Shown here in pieces: positions 1 through 9,697 of a DNA stretch of 64,000 nt. The notes below the pieces were generated by a model that was given only the letters and a program-made list of their open reading frames with translations, was not told the DNA's origin and made no database searches. The first letter of the stretch is position 1. Every line of letters starts with the position of its first letter. Source of the DNA: Promethearchaeota archaeon (lineage in GTDB: Archaea; Asgardarchaeota; Lokiarchaeia; Sigyniarchaeales; SOKP01); NCBI GenBank assembly GCA_048939995.1, contig JBHLOY010000004.1, positions 128,001-192,000 on the forward strand, read 5' to 3'. The position numbers and the translations under genes are program-made.

Positions 1-386
1 TTTATATTACCGTGTACTTCATATACTATTACAGAACCAGATTTTTGATGAAGCTCATCAACATTTTGAGTAATAACAGCTTTAATAATATCCATTTTTT
101 CTAACTCTGCCAAAGCATAATGACCGGGATTTGGTTTTGCTTTAAATAAATTTGGGGCGATTTCTTGAGCTAATTCCCAAAATTTTGCAGGATTCTTTAA
201 GAATGCTTGAATGTTGCCATAGATTTCAGGTTTATATTTTTCCCATATGCCCCCATCTCCTCGAAAATCTGGAATTCCAGATTCAGTAGATACGCCAGCA
301 CCAGTTAAAGCAATTGCTTCTTTTGAATCAATTAATAACTCGGCAGCTCGTTGAATTTTTTTTTTTTCTAAGTTTTTTATTTTCAT
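1..386 (-). CDS. cobB: Sir2/CobB NAD-dependent protein deacylase (partial, runs off the window start)
   Basis: Hand translation from ATG at 386: MKIKNLEKKIQRAAELL...ALTGAGVSTESGIPDFRG...PNPGH...ITQNVDELHQ...EVHGN. These are the canonical sirtuin motifs. Not in ORF track. Confidence 0.93.
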   Translation of the reverse strand, partial: MKIKNLEKKKIQRAAELLIDSKEAIALTGAGVSTESGIPDFRGDGGIWEKYKPEIYGNIQAFLKNPAKFWELAQEIAPNLFKAKPNPGHYALAELEKMDIIKAVITQNVDELHQKSGSVIVYEVHGNI

Positions 387-644
387 TAATAGCTTCTGTA
401 GAGTCCTAATATAACTACTAAAATCATCTCTAATAGATGAATTATTTTATATTTATATTGTGAATTATTAAAAGTTAATTGTTATAAGCTCTAATAACCT
501 TGTAAAAATTTACCTTTATATGCAAAAATCAATCTTGAGTTTCTTTGTTACTCCGATATCATAAAAAATTTAAAATTAAAATAATTTTAAATTTCTGTAG
601 ATATACGATTATATTTGAAGAATTAAAACTTTAAGATTTTATTT

Positions 645-1532
645 ATGATAACTGGATTTGCAATTATTTTAGATGATGAAATTCTCTATATTTCAAATGA
701 AAATAAATATCCAGTTTTCGAAATAGTTCTCTTTGTAGAAAAATTAATTAGAAGTATTAATCCCAAAAACGTCTGGCGCTTAAGAAATATTTTTTTTGAG
801 GGGTTGGAAGGCAGAGAGCGAATGATTATAAAGCATCATGTTACTGATGACTTTCAAAATCTCTTTTACTGTATAACGGGTGATTTTTTATCTAACTCTG
901 AGGCGGCAGATAATATGCTAAACGAGTTTTACGAAAAAGTAATCGCAAATTATGACAATCCAAACAAGTACAATGAATATTCAAAAAAATCTGAATTTTC
1001 TAAAGTTATAAAACTAATTACAGCATATTTATGGGAAAAATATCATTATCCTCTTGAAGATGAAAAACTCGATAATTCCTATACTCAAATTGAAAACAAA
1101 ATAATATATTGTGGTGTCTCCTCCCAGGGTCTACCAATTATTTCTCAGTTATATGATAAAACACTTTTAAACGATCTACGTCGTGAAGCAACTCATGAAA
1201 ATATTGATTTATTTACTTCTAATTTGTCTGCACGTTTAGCCACAATTGCTATGAATACTCAAATTCGAGCAAAAATGAACATTAAAGAAATACAATTTTA
1301 CGATTTAGCAGAGAGTGGAAATAAAAAGTTGATTTTATTCGGAGATATTAATGGATACTCTCTAGATTTTGTAGCTTCTGGGGATTTCAATAGAATTAAA
1401 GACATTTTTCTCCAATTAAAGGACAAAATATCCAAAGAAGAGGCTTTAAAACAAGAATTTTCTGGAGATTTAAAACCCTATCGTTCATTAGTAAATTACT
1501 TAAACGAAATTATTCATGAATTTGACCGTTAA
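645..1532 (+). CDS. Hypothetical protein, probable tandem longin/roadblock-like domains
   Basis: Two similar alpha/beta modules (MITGFAIILDDEILY...LFYCITGD + helix; IIYCGVSSQGLPII...LILFGDINGYSLDFVASGD + helix). Fold assigned by pattern only. Confidence 0.45.
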   Translation: MITGFAIILDDEILYISNENKYPVFEIVLFVEKLIRSINPKNVWRLRNIFFEGLEGRERMIIKHHVTDDFQNLFYCITGDFLSNSEAADNMLNEFYEKVIANYDNPNKYNEYSKKSEFSKVIKLITAYLWEKYHYPLEDEKLDNSYTQIENKIIYCGVSSQGLPIISQLYDKTLLNDLRREATHENIDLFTSNLSARLATIAMNTQIRAKMNIKEIQFYDLAESGNKKLILFGDINGYSLDFVASGDFNRIKDIFLQLKDKISKEEALKQEFSGDLKPYRSLVNYLNEIIHEFDR

Positions 1533-1563
1533 TTTCTAATAATATGCTCTTTTTTTAATATTT

Positions 1564-2862
1564 ATGAAAGCTGTTATTTTGGCAGCTGGTAAAGGAAAGA
1601 GACTCAGACCGATAACTGCCACAAGACCGAAACCTCTTATACCTATAGCTGGAAGACCTTTATTAGAACATAATATTTTAGGTTTAATAGATGCGGGTAT
1701 AGATCAGATCTTATTAGTTGTTGGATATAAAGAAGAAATGATTAAGGATTATTTTGGATCAGGTAAAGAAAAATTTAACGTTAATATTAATTACGTTACT
1801 CAAGAAGAATATTTAGGTACCGCTCATGCTACGGGATATGCTAGAGATTTTGTAAAGAATGACCACTTTCTGCTTATGAATGGAGATCTCTTAGTAGATT
1901 CAAATTTATTTAATCAATTGATTGATAACTTTAATTCAGTCTCATGTGATGGCTTAATTTCTTTGGTTAAGGTTAAAGATCCTCAAAATTATGGTGTTAT
2001 CACATTAGATTCAAATGGTTTTGTAAAAAAATTGATTGAAAAACCTTCTCCTAAATTAAATATTGGTAATTTAGCTAATGCTGGAATTTACATTTTTAAA
2101 TCTAAAATTTTCGATGCTATTCAACAAACTGAAAAGTCAATTAGAGGTGAATATGAATTTACGGACTCTATGGAGATCCTTCTAAATGAAATGAACAGTA
2201 AAATTTATGGTTATAATATTAAAAACTTCTATTGGAATGATATAGGTTTACCATGGGAACTTTTAGATGCAAACAAATATTTATTAGACTCACAAAAGGG
2301 AAAAAATTTAGGAATAGTAGAAAATAATGTATTCATATTCGGAGAAGTGTATATTGGTGAAAAAACTCTTGTACGGTCTGGTACATATATCCAAGGACCA
2401 TGCTATATAGGAAATAATTGCATAATCGGACCAAATACTTTCATTCGACCTTATACATCCATCCACGATAATTGTCATGTGGGAATGTCTGAAGTTAAGA
2501 ATTCTATAATTTTTTCAGATAGCTCTATCCCGCACTTTAACTATATTGGTGATTCAATAATATGTGAACATGTTAATCTAGGAGCAGGAACAAAAATATC
2601 AAATTTAAGATTTGATAATAAATCTATCAATATGAATATTGATAATAAGTTGATAAGTTCTGGAAGAAGGAAGCTGGGAGCTATCCTTGGTCCCTATTGT
2701 CAAACTGGAATTAATGCAAGTCTTATGTGTGGAAAAACGGTGGCCGAATATTCTATTATCGGAGCTCATACTCTTGTAAATGAGGATGTCCCTGCAAATA
2801 CTCTCCTTTATCAAGATTCGGAAGGAAAATTGATACTGAAACCAAATCCGTTCTATAAGTAA
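1564..2862 (+). CDS. glmU: Bifunctional sugar-1-phosphate nucleotidyltransferase/acetyltransferase (archaeal GlmU-like)
   Basis: MKAVILAAGKGKRLRPIT..RPKPL, QEEYLGTAHA, EKP, C-terminal hexapeptide LbH with HFNYIGDS..NLGAGT..NLRFD. Confidence 0.9.
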   Translation: MKAVILAAGKGKRLRPITATRPKPLIPIAGRPLLEHNILGLIDAGIDQILLVVGYKEEMIKDYFGSGKEKFNVNINYVTQEEYLGTAHATGYARDFVKNDHFLLMNGDLLVDSNLFNQLIDNFNSVSCDGLISLVKVKDPQNYGVITLDSNGFVKKLIEKPSPKLNIGNLANAGIYIFKSKIFDAIQQTEKSIRGEYEFTDSMEILLNEMNSKIYGYNIKNFYWNDIGLPWELLDANKYLLDSQKGKNLGIVENNVFIFGEVYIGEKTLVRSGTYIQGPCYIGNNCIIGPNTFIRPYTSIHDNCHVGMSEVKNSIIFSDSSIPHFNYIGDSIICEHVNLGAGTKISNLRFDNKSINMNIDNKLISSGRRKLGAILGPYCQTGINASLMCGKTVAEYSIIGAHTLVNEDVPANTLLYQDSEGKLILKPNPFYK

Positions 2863-2892
2863 AAAGATAGATTGATTTTAAAAATTAGAAAT

Positions 2893-4611
2893 TTAAAGAA
2901 AGATTTTTTTGAATTTACGTAATAATCTAGAGAATTTGGGTTCTTTTTCTGTATAGTTTAATTCTCTAAGAGCTTGTTCTTGGTATGCAATGAATAGTTC
3001 TGTTGAAAATTCCTCCCAATCTCTACATATTTTTAATGTTTCATCATCATTTCTCAATAAGCTATCATGTGATATTATTTTTAAGAATTTATTCACACAA
3101 TCTTCAATTAACTCACTATTACTCCCTTTCAATAGATCTCTAACAAATTCATCTGGAGGGTACCATTCTCTTACTCTTTGAAAATCGCGATGAATTTGAG
3201 TAAGTAAAACGAGTCTTGGGCCTTCCCATAGTTCCATGATCATAGAATCCCGATGAAAACGCGGTAAACTGAGGAAATCCTCCATTACACCATGGCCTCC
3301 AAAAAATGATATTGCTCTTCTTATCATCTTAGGACATTCGTCTGCTACAACTATCTTTTGAAGCATTACCAATTCACGTAACCTAAATCGCCGCTTACGT
3401 TCTTCAAGATTCTCAATCTTTTGTAGATCTCTTATACCACTAATTAATTCTTCTCCAAAATGTATAAATTCAGAATAAACTTTAAATGTTCCTACTGCAG
3501 TTCTTTTTGCAAAATGCTCTAATTCATTGATTTGGTTTATCATCATTGGAAAAGAAGATACAGGAATTCCAAAAGCATATCGAAACTGGGCATATAAAAT
3601 TGCCTCTCTTATTGCTCTTAATGCTCCTGCTGCCATACCAAATGCAACATGTAGTCTGGATAGAGAAAGAACGATTCCCACTACATCCGCTAAACCCTTT
3701 TCAAGAGGACCGATAGGATAGGCAACCGCCCCATTATAAGTAATTTCAGCAGTTGGTAATTCAGCAGTCCCTAATTTAGGTTTTAAACGATCTATAGTAT
3801 AAGAATTCCTTCTTTCTCTCTCTTTATTTTTTGGAAGCCATGATGGAACTACAAATGCTCCTATTCTAGTTGAAGAAGGGACCCCTTTTGGTTTAGCGGT
3901 AACAAGGGCATAATCAGTATGAACTGCAGAACAAAAAAATTTTTGGCCATAAATTCTCCATACATTTAACAATCCATCATCACCCTCTGTTTTTTCAAAT
4001 ACTGCTTCAACTAGATTTGCTGGAACATCACTACCTCCTTGGATTTCACTCACAAATTGAGCTCCTCTCCCATAATCTCCATTCTTTCCTTCCCTTAAAT
4101 GATTAAGAATTTCACGAGTTTCATGAGATAAATCATTCTCATACTTCTGAAGAATCCATATAAGTCCATGGGTGCAAGCTACAGGACACATTACCCCTGC
4201 TTCTCCATTTTGATAAAGTAGAAACATTTTAATAAATCTACTCCATGGAGTATTTCTATTTGGATCCCAAAGTCCAAGACTAAAAATTTCTCGTTCCAAA
4301 GTTTCTGTTTCCCAGCAACGTTCAATCCTATCTATTCGATGATTATGAGCATCATAATGTTTAATTTTAGTTACCTTTAATCTATTTTCTGGTTCAGCTG
4401 CTTTATCAGCTAAATCTTTCCATTTATTAGAAACGTAATCAGAAAGTGCGCGTAAATCACGATCTATGATTTCATATTCTGCGTCTGGTACATAATGTTT
4501 TACTAAGGTTTGTAGAAATTGGTCATCTCGATAATAGTTAAAATTATTTCGAACAAGTAAGTAATCATCAAATGAATAAGGATTATTTCGGTTTCCCTCG
4601 TTACTTGACAT
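2893..4611 (-). CDS. Acyl-CoA dehydrogenase, AidB-like
   Basis: SEIQGGSDV, GQKFFCS, IDRLKPKLGT..LPTAEI, FGGHGVMEDF, ELWEG. Confidence 0.88.
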   Translation of the reverse strand: MSSNEGNRNNPYSFDDYLLVRNNFNYYRDDQFLQTLVKHYVPDAEYEIIDRDLRALSDYVSNKWKDLADKAAEPENRLKVTKIKHYDAHNHRIDRIERCWETETLEREIFSLGLWDPNRNTPWSRFIKMFLLYQNGEAGVMCPVACTHGLIWILQKYENDLSHETREILNHLREGKNGDYGRGAQFVSEIQGGSDVPANLVEAVFEKTEGDDGLLNVWRIYGQKFFCSAVHTDYALVTAKPKGVPSSTRIGAFVVPSWLPKNKERERRNSYTIDRLKPKLGTAELPTAEITYNGAVAYPIGPLEKGLADVVGIVLSLSRLHVAFGMAAGALRAIREAILYAQFRYAFGIPVSSFPMMINQINELEHFAKRTAVGTFKVYSEFIHFGEELISGIRDLQKIENLEERKRRFRLRELVMLQKIVVADECPKMIRRAISFFGGHGVMEDFLSLPRFHRDSMIMELWEGPRLVLLTQIHRDFQRVREWYPPDEFVRDLLKGSNSELIEDCVNKFLKIISHDSLLRNDDETLKICRDWEEFSTELFIAYQEQALRELNYTEKEPKFSRLLRKFKKIFL

Positions 4612-4741
4612 TACAATTACCTTCTATAAAAATTGTTAATAACCATTAATTATTCAATTTGATTTATAATAAAATTAACGGTGAAAAGATAAATTACTTG
4701 AAAAACCGATAATAAACTAAATAATTGTTATAGATCTTAAA

Positions 4742-5530
4742 TTAATTCTCTGTTTCCGAATTATCTGCTTCAGTTTCATTCGTTTCTGCTGTTGAGGTTT
4801 TAGTTTTTGCCAATTTGGCAACATTAATCCTTTCAGTTCTTCTTATTTCACTTTTACGAGTACGCTTTACATCGACTTCTACGATATCAAATTCTTCCTC
4901 CTTTGAAATATATTCTTTATCTTCTCCACCTTCAGGTATAGAGATAATTTTGCTTTTAATTATCGAGCAATTAGATAATGGATATATTGTTTTAGCCACT
5001 CTATTAATTTGATTTTCAAATTCATGATATATAATTCCATTAATGAATTTTTCATGATTAAGATTTTTAGCAAATTCTCTAAGAATTTCCATTATGATTT
5101 TTCTAATAACAATCTGCTGAGAACTCCGGGCTCTCCTTATGGTCGTACATATAATAGTAAGTCGAAATCCCCAATTATCTTTAGTAAATAGATTTAATAT
5201 TACTTGAACTTTGGAACTTCCTCTACCAATTAATGAACGTACATAGTCATTAGTATATTGATGGCCCCAAAAAATGCTCTTACAGACTTCTTTTTCAGAA
5301 TCTACTTCTGATATTTTAAACTTTAGCTTTAGACTGATGTCAGAATAATCGTCTGTAATATCATAAAGTAATATTTCAAGGGTTCTTCCGATTAAATTAT
5401 TTGGTAGTCCTATAATCTCTCCAATTTCTCTAAAATTGAAGCTTTTTGGAGCAATTACAGGATACCAATTCTTCTCTTTAAAAGTTACTTTCTTGACTTT
5501 AGCTTTCCTTTTTCTGGTTTTTTGACTCAA
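4742..5530 (-). CDS. rps3ae: 30S ribosomal protein S3Ae (eS1)
   Basis: KEKNWYPVIAPKSF, GRTLEILLYDITDD, DYVRSLIGRGSSKV, KTIYPL; directly downstream of rps15; TTG start. Confidence 0.93.
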   Translation of the reverse strand: MSQKTRKRKAKVKKVTFKEKNWYPVIAPKSFNFREIGEIIGLPNNLIGRTLEILLYDITDDYSDISLKLKFKISEVDSEKEVCKSIFWGHQYTNDYVRSLIGRGSSKVQVILNLFTKDNWGFRLTIICTTIRRARSSQQIVIRKIIMEILREFAKNLNHEKFINGIIYHEFENQINRVAKTIYPLSNCSIIKSKIISIPEGGEDKEYISKEEEFDIVEVDVKRTRKSEIRRTERINVAKLAKTKTSTAETNETEADNSETEN

Positions 5531-5536
5531 TATAAT

Positions 5537-5995
5537 TTACCTCATTACAATGGTTCTTATCTTTTCGGGATCATATTTAAAGTCTGGCTCAAGGTATCCT
5601 TTCTTCTTGTAATATCTAATCAATCTATAGACTTTTGATTCTGTTCTATTTAACCCTTTTTTAGCTTCGAGATCTTTATGATTAGTTTCTAAATGTTTTC
5701 GAATACTTAATGCTTTTTTAACCAAATTAGATAAATCTTCAGGTAATGGTGATTGTATTTGATTCTCTTCAAGTATTTGGCTAATCGATTTTCCTGTAAC
5801 AACCTTTACAAGTGGAATACCATATGAATCTCGTAACATAATTCCAATTCTAGATTGAGAAAATCCTTTTCTTGCCAGTTTTACAACCTCATTTTCAACT
5901 TCTTCTCCTGATAACTCAATCCATGGGGGGCGATCAAGCCTTGCTGGTCTTGTTGAACCCGATTTTCCTTTTTTCCTACTATGCATTCGAGCCAT
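5537..5995 (-). CDS. rps15: 30S ribosomal protein S15 (uS15/S13e)
   Basis: MARMHSRKKGKSGSTRP...IGIMLRDSYGIP...PEDL...ESKVYRLIRYYK. Confidence 0.97.
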   Translation of the reverse strand: MARMHSRKKGKSGSTRPARLDRPPWIELSGEEVENEVVKLARKGFSQSRIGIMLRDSYGIPLVKVVTGKSISQILEENQIQSPLPEDLSNLVKKALSIRKHLETNHKDLEAKKGLNRTESKVYRLIRYYKKKGYLEPDFKYDPEKIRTIVMR

Positions 5996-6134
5996 GATAT
6001 CACAGATATATTAAGTCAAATATTAACTAGATATAATTCTAAATGAACTTTTCAAAATAAAATTTTGGAATTTTAATTTATTCTAGGTGAGAAATGTCCT
6101 ATACCTAAATAAATTCTAACTAACTATATTAATT

Positions 6135-6719
6135 ATGAATAATGAAGAAAATCTGATTTACTTTGTAACCTCAAATAATCATAAATTTCTTGAAATTACT
6201 AAAATGTTTGAAGAAGAAAAATTACACTACAAATTAAAACAATTAAATATTGAAACTACTGAAATACAAGCAGATTCTGTAAAACAAAACGCTTTTTTCA
6301 AATTAAATAGCGTAAAATCAAAAGTAAAAGGCTCATGCTTTGTAGAAGATGCGGGATTTTTCATTGACAAGCCACTTAATGGATTTCCTGGAGTTTATTC
6401 CTCTTATGTTTTTAAAACGATTGGAAATGAAGGAGTGTTGCGCTTAATTGACAATTTTAAACAGACCAAAGCTCATTTTATTGCTATTATTGCTCTATTT
6501 TTCAAACCTTTAAATAAAGTTTTCTTCTTTGAGGGAAGAGTAGAAGGAAGAGTTTCAGAGAAGATAAGAGGATCTAAAGGTTTTGGGTTTGATCCTATTT
6601 TTATTTCAGACAAAGTAAAAAATAAAACTTTTGCTGAATTAACGCTCAAAGAAAAAAATAAGATTTCCCATAGAGGAATTGCCTGGAAAAAAATGATTGA
6701 ATTTTTAAGATCTACTTAA
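6135..6719 (+). CDS. rdgB: Non-canonical purine NTP pyrophosphatase (RdgB/HAM1)
   Basis: FVTSNNHK, EIQ, EDAG, GFPGVYS, GFGFDPIF, KNKISHRG. Confidence 0.95.
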   Translation: MNNEENLIYFVTSNNHKFLEITKMFEEEKLHYKLKQLNIETTEIQADSVKQNAFFKLNSVKSKVKGSCFVEDAGFFIDKPLNGFPGVYSSYVFKTIGNEGVLRLIDNFKQTKAHFIAIIALFFKPLNKVFFFEGRVEGRVSEKIRGSKGFGFDPIFISDKVKNKTFAELTLKEKNKISHRGIAWKKMIEFLRST

Positions 6720-9682
6720 AATGTCTGCCTAAATATATCCATTACAGTTTGCTTACTTAACCTTATAAGTATAATATACATGCCTATAAACCCAACCATT
6801 ATTGAAATGAAGTAAACTCGGAACAAAATCTCATACGGTATCTCAAAAACTATTGGCATCTCTGTAATTAATCCTATATTAGTCTCTAGCATATATGCAC
6901 AAAAAGTTCCGATAATTGTTCCCATAGTTCCACTTGAAAGCATCAAAATTATACTTTCAATTAGGAATAATTTTCTTACATTTTTGACTTTCATGCCTAG
7001 TGATCTTAAAATGCCAATTTCGAATTTCCGTTCAAGCATTACAGCATACATAGAGCTAATTAACCCAAAGATTGCTATTGCAATAGCAAACCAATTAATA
7101 ATTTCCATTAAAGTACTTTGTCGTTCATACATATCGTTAAGAAAAGTTATTTTCGAAATAGCATCATCAATAAAAAATTCTTTATCCTCATAAGCAGATT
7201 GGATATCTTCCTTAGTTTGTTCAATATTTTCCTCTGAGTTATCGATTAGACTAAGAAATATTTTATCTACTGTCATATCTGAGCTTTCAGAATTCTCTAC
7301 ATTCATTAAGCGAATGTAATTTTCCAAAGAAACCATTACACCCCCTCCTTCTGCCATTGAAACAGAGCTTCTAAAATTGAAAAAACCTGGGATTCCTCCA
7401 GAAATCCCACAAACAGTAAAGATTAAAGGGTTTCTGACTTCATCCATGGTTTCATTTTCATAGAAAGAAAGTAATATTTTCCCACCTACATCTTCTATTC
7501 CAAGAATAGTTGCAAGTGCTCCAGAAATAACACATGTATCATTATGGCTAAAAAGTTGGTTATAGGAATATTCCGTTCCACTTCCAGCACTATTCCATAT
7601 AATTAAGTCTTCATCTATTAAATTAATAAAATTCTCTTCAATCCCTATGAAACCTGCCTCAAGAGCTTCAAATTCAGCAAGATCTGAAGCTTCAACTTTA
7701 TATTTTCTTTCTGATTGTTCCCTGTAAAATTCAAAAACATTAAGAAAAGCTTCATTGATTGACTCTTCATCAAACATGCCACCCCCTTCACTAAAGCTAT
7801 AAATTAATGATAAAGCAGAGGTAATATCGAACATATTAAATAACGTTATAGCAGTATCATCAATACCTTGTAAATGCTTGATCTCTTCTGCCATTCCTAA
7901 TGTAATAGCGTTAGGATCTCCTTCTAATCCTTGATTGACTAAAACTAAATCTGAACCATATTGAAATTGCAAATTTAAAGACATATTTTCAGATTCCATC
8001 TCAGTTACGCTTGTTATAAAAAATATAAACGAAAAGCTAATCGCAAACATTACAATTGTGCTAGTATTACGTCTTCTATTACGCTTTAATGAGATGTTAA
8101 TAATATTAGCATATTTTCGTATGGCTGGTTTAATTATTCCAAGAAAAATTTGTTGGATTAGAGGTACAATACCCACAGAGGCAAAAACTAGCCCAATTAA
8201 AATAGCACATAGTAATCCAATAAATAGACCAGCAATTAACATGAATTCCCCTGTAACCACTATGTTTGGTAGAAGAATAAAAACAACCATACCAATCGTT
8301 GCTATTGAGATCCCAATAAGAAAGCTTTTAACATTCATACTCCCTTCCTTCTTAACCTCCCATCCTTCTTCTTTAGCTCGAAAAGGAGTAATACTTTTTA
8401 TTAAATTTATTTTAGCTGTTTTTAATGCAGGTAATAAAGCAACGACCGTCGCTCCTCCTGCACCAATCAAAAACGCAAGAAGAATAGTTTGAGGTTGAAT
8501 AATATATGCAACACTTTGAAACCTAAACCCAGTCATTACAAATAAAAAGTTTACTACTGGTGGTGTTGCTACTAAACCAATTAATATTCCTAAAACTGAT
8601 CCAATTACGCCGATTGTTGCACCTTCAAATAGCACCACTTTTACTGGAAACGTTTTTCGACCACCAACAACCCTTAAAATCCCATATTCTCTTTGTCTTT
8701 CTTCACTTGAAGTAGATAATATTGAATTTATTAATATACCTGTTATTAGGATTCCAATAATTGTGATAAACCAAAATATTACAGTCATTGCAATTATCAT
8801 AAACTCTTCTGCTCCAAGCTCTTCCAATTTTGGCATTGAAACGGAGTATTCATTAATATTTAATCTTAATTGAATCCGTGTTCCGATCTCCCTTAACTTT
8901 CTTTGTGTTGTTGCTACATCTCGAATGTCATATATCGATTCAGGACTGGATAAAGTTCCGTAAATAAAATTAATTTCATTTTGTCGGTCTAAAAATAATT
9001 GTGCTTGTTCTATATTAACTAGAATCAATGAATTTTCAAATTCTGAAAATTTAAGGTCTTGCTTACAAATTGCAACGACCTCTAAATCAATTTCATTTTG
9101 TATATATTCTAAATGTATAAAGTCACCCAAAGTTACATTCATTAACTCAGCAACTTTCCATAAGATCACACATTGGCCCAATTCTGGCTCGTCTAAGTAT
9201 AGATTTCCCGTTGTTAAACCATATTGATCCACCAATTGTAAATTGCCCATATGTCCATTGCTTGCTTCTTTTAAAAAATCTAAACCATATAATTCTAAAG
9301 TGGTATTTTTATTTGTGTAATTTGATGATACTCTAATAAACATCATTATTCTAGGGAAGAATTCTTGAACTCCTTCAATATTCTGCAAATCGTTATCTAT
9401 TAAATTTTCGGCAAAAAACGGGTCATAACTAATATCTGACTGCACCCTTTTAGAAATCATGATATCGGCATTACCAGTACTACTAGTTATGATTTGCATA
9501 TAGTTATAGGACATAGTATCATTAACCATCCCTATTGCTGTTAAAAGAATGATTGAGATCATAATCCCTAATACAGCAAACAGAGCTTTAGCTTTATCCC
9601 TCTTTAAACTCAACCAAGTATGTTTCATAAAGCGTAGATTAATTCTACTTTTTATCTTATATAATATCTTTTTTATGCCCAA
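6716..9682 (-). CDS. Type VII ABC (MacB/FtsX-like) permease with two fused FtsX units
   Basis: Two repeats of TM + large extracellular loop + 3 TM, with EERQREYGILRVVG and LERKFEIGILRSLG motifs; TTG start with AGGTGA SD. Confidence 0.9.
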   Translation of the reverse strand: MGIKKILYKIKSRINLRFMKHTWLSLKRDKAKALFAVLGIMISIILLTAIGMVNDTMSYNYMQIITSSTGNADIMISKRVQSDISYDPFFAENLIDNDLQNIEGVQEFFPRIMMFIRVSSNYTNKNTTLELYGLDFLKEASNGHMGNLQLVDQYGLTTGNLYLDEPELGQCVILWKVAELMNVTLGDFIHLEYIQNEIDLEVVAICKQDLKFSEFENSLILVNIEQAQLFLDRQNEINFIYGTLSSPESIYDIRDVATTQRKLREIGTRIQLRLNINEYSVSMPKLEELGAEEFMIIAMTVIFWFITIIGILITGILINSILSTSSEERQREYGILRVVGGRKTFPVKVVLFEGATIGVIGSVLGILIGLVATPPVVNFLFVMTGFRFQSVAYIIQPQTILLAFLIGAGGATVVALLPALKTAKINLIKSITPFRAKEEGWEVKKEGSMNVKSFLIGISIATIGMVVFILLPNIVVTGEFMLIAGLFIGLLCAILIGLVFASVGIVPLIQQIFLGIIKPAIRKYANIINISLKRNRRRNTSTIVMFAISFSFIFFITSVTEMESENMSLNLQFQYGSDLVLVNQGLEGDPNAITLGMAEEIKHLQGIDDTAITLFNMFDITSALSLIYSFSEGGGMFDEESINEAFLNVFEFYREQSERKYKVEASDLAEFEALEAGFIGIEENFINLIDEDLIIWNSAGSGTEYSYNQLFSHNDTCVISGALATILGIEDVGGKILLSFYENETMDEVRNPLIFTVCGISGGIPGFFNFRSSVSMAEGGGVMVSLENYIRLMNVENSESSDMTVDKIFLSLIDNSEENIEQTKEDIQSAYEDKEFFIDDAISKITFLNDMYERQSTLMEIINWFAIAIAIFGLISSMYAVMLERKFEIGILRSLGMKVKNVRKLFLIESIILMLSSGTMGTIIGTFCAYMLETNIGLITEMPIVFEIPYEILFRVYFISIMVGFIGMYIILIRLSKQTVMDIFRQTF

Positions 9683-9697
9683 AATCTCACCTAAATA

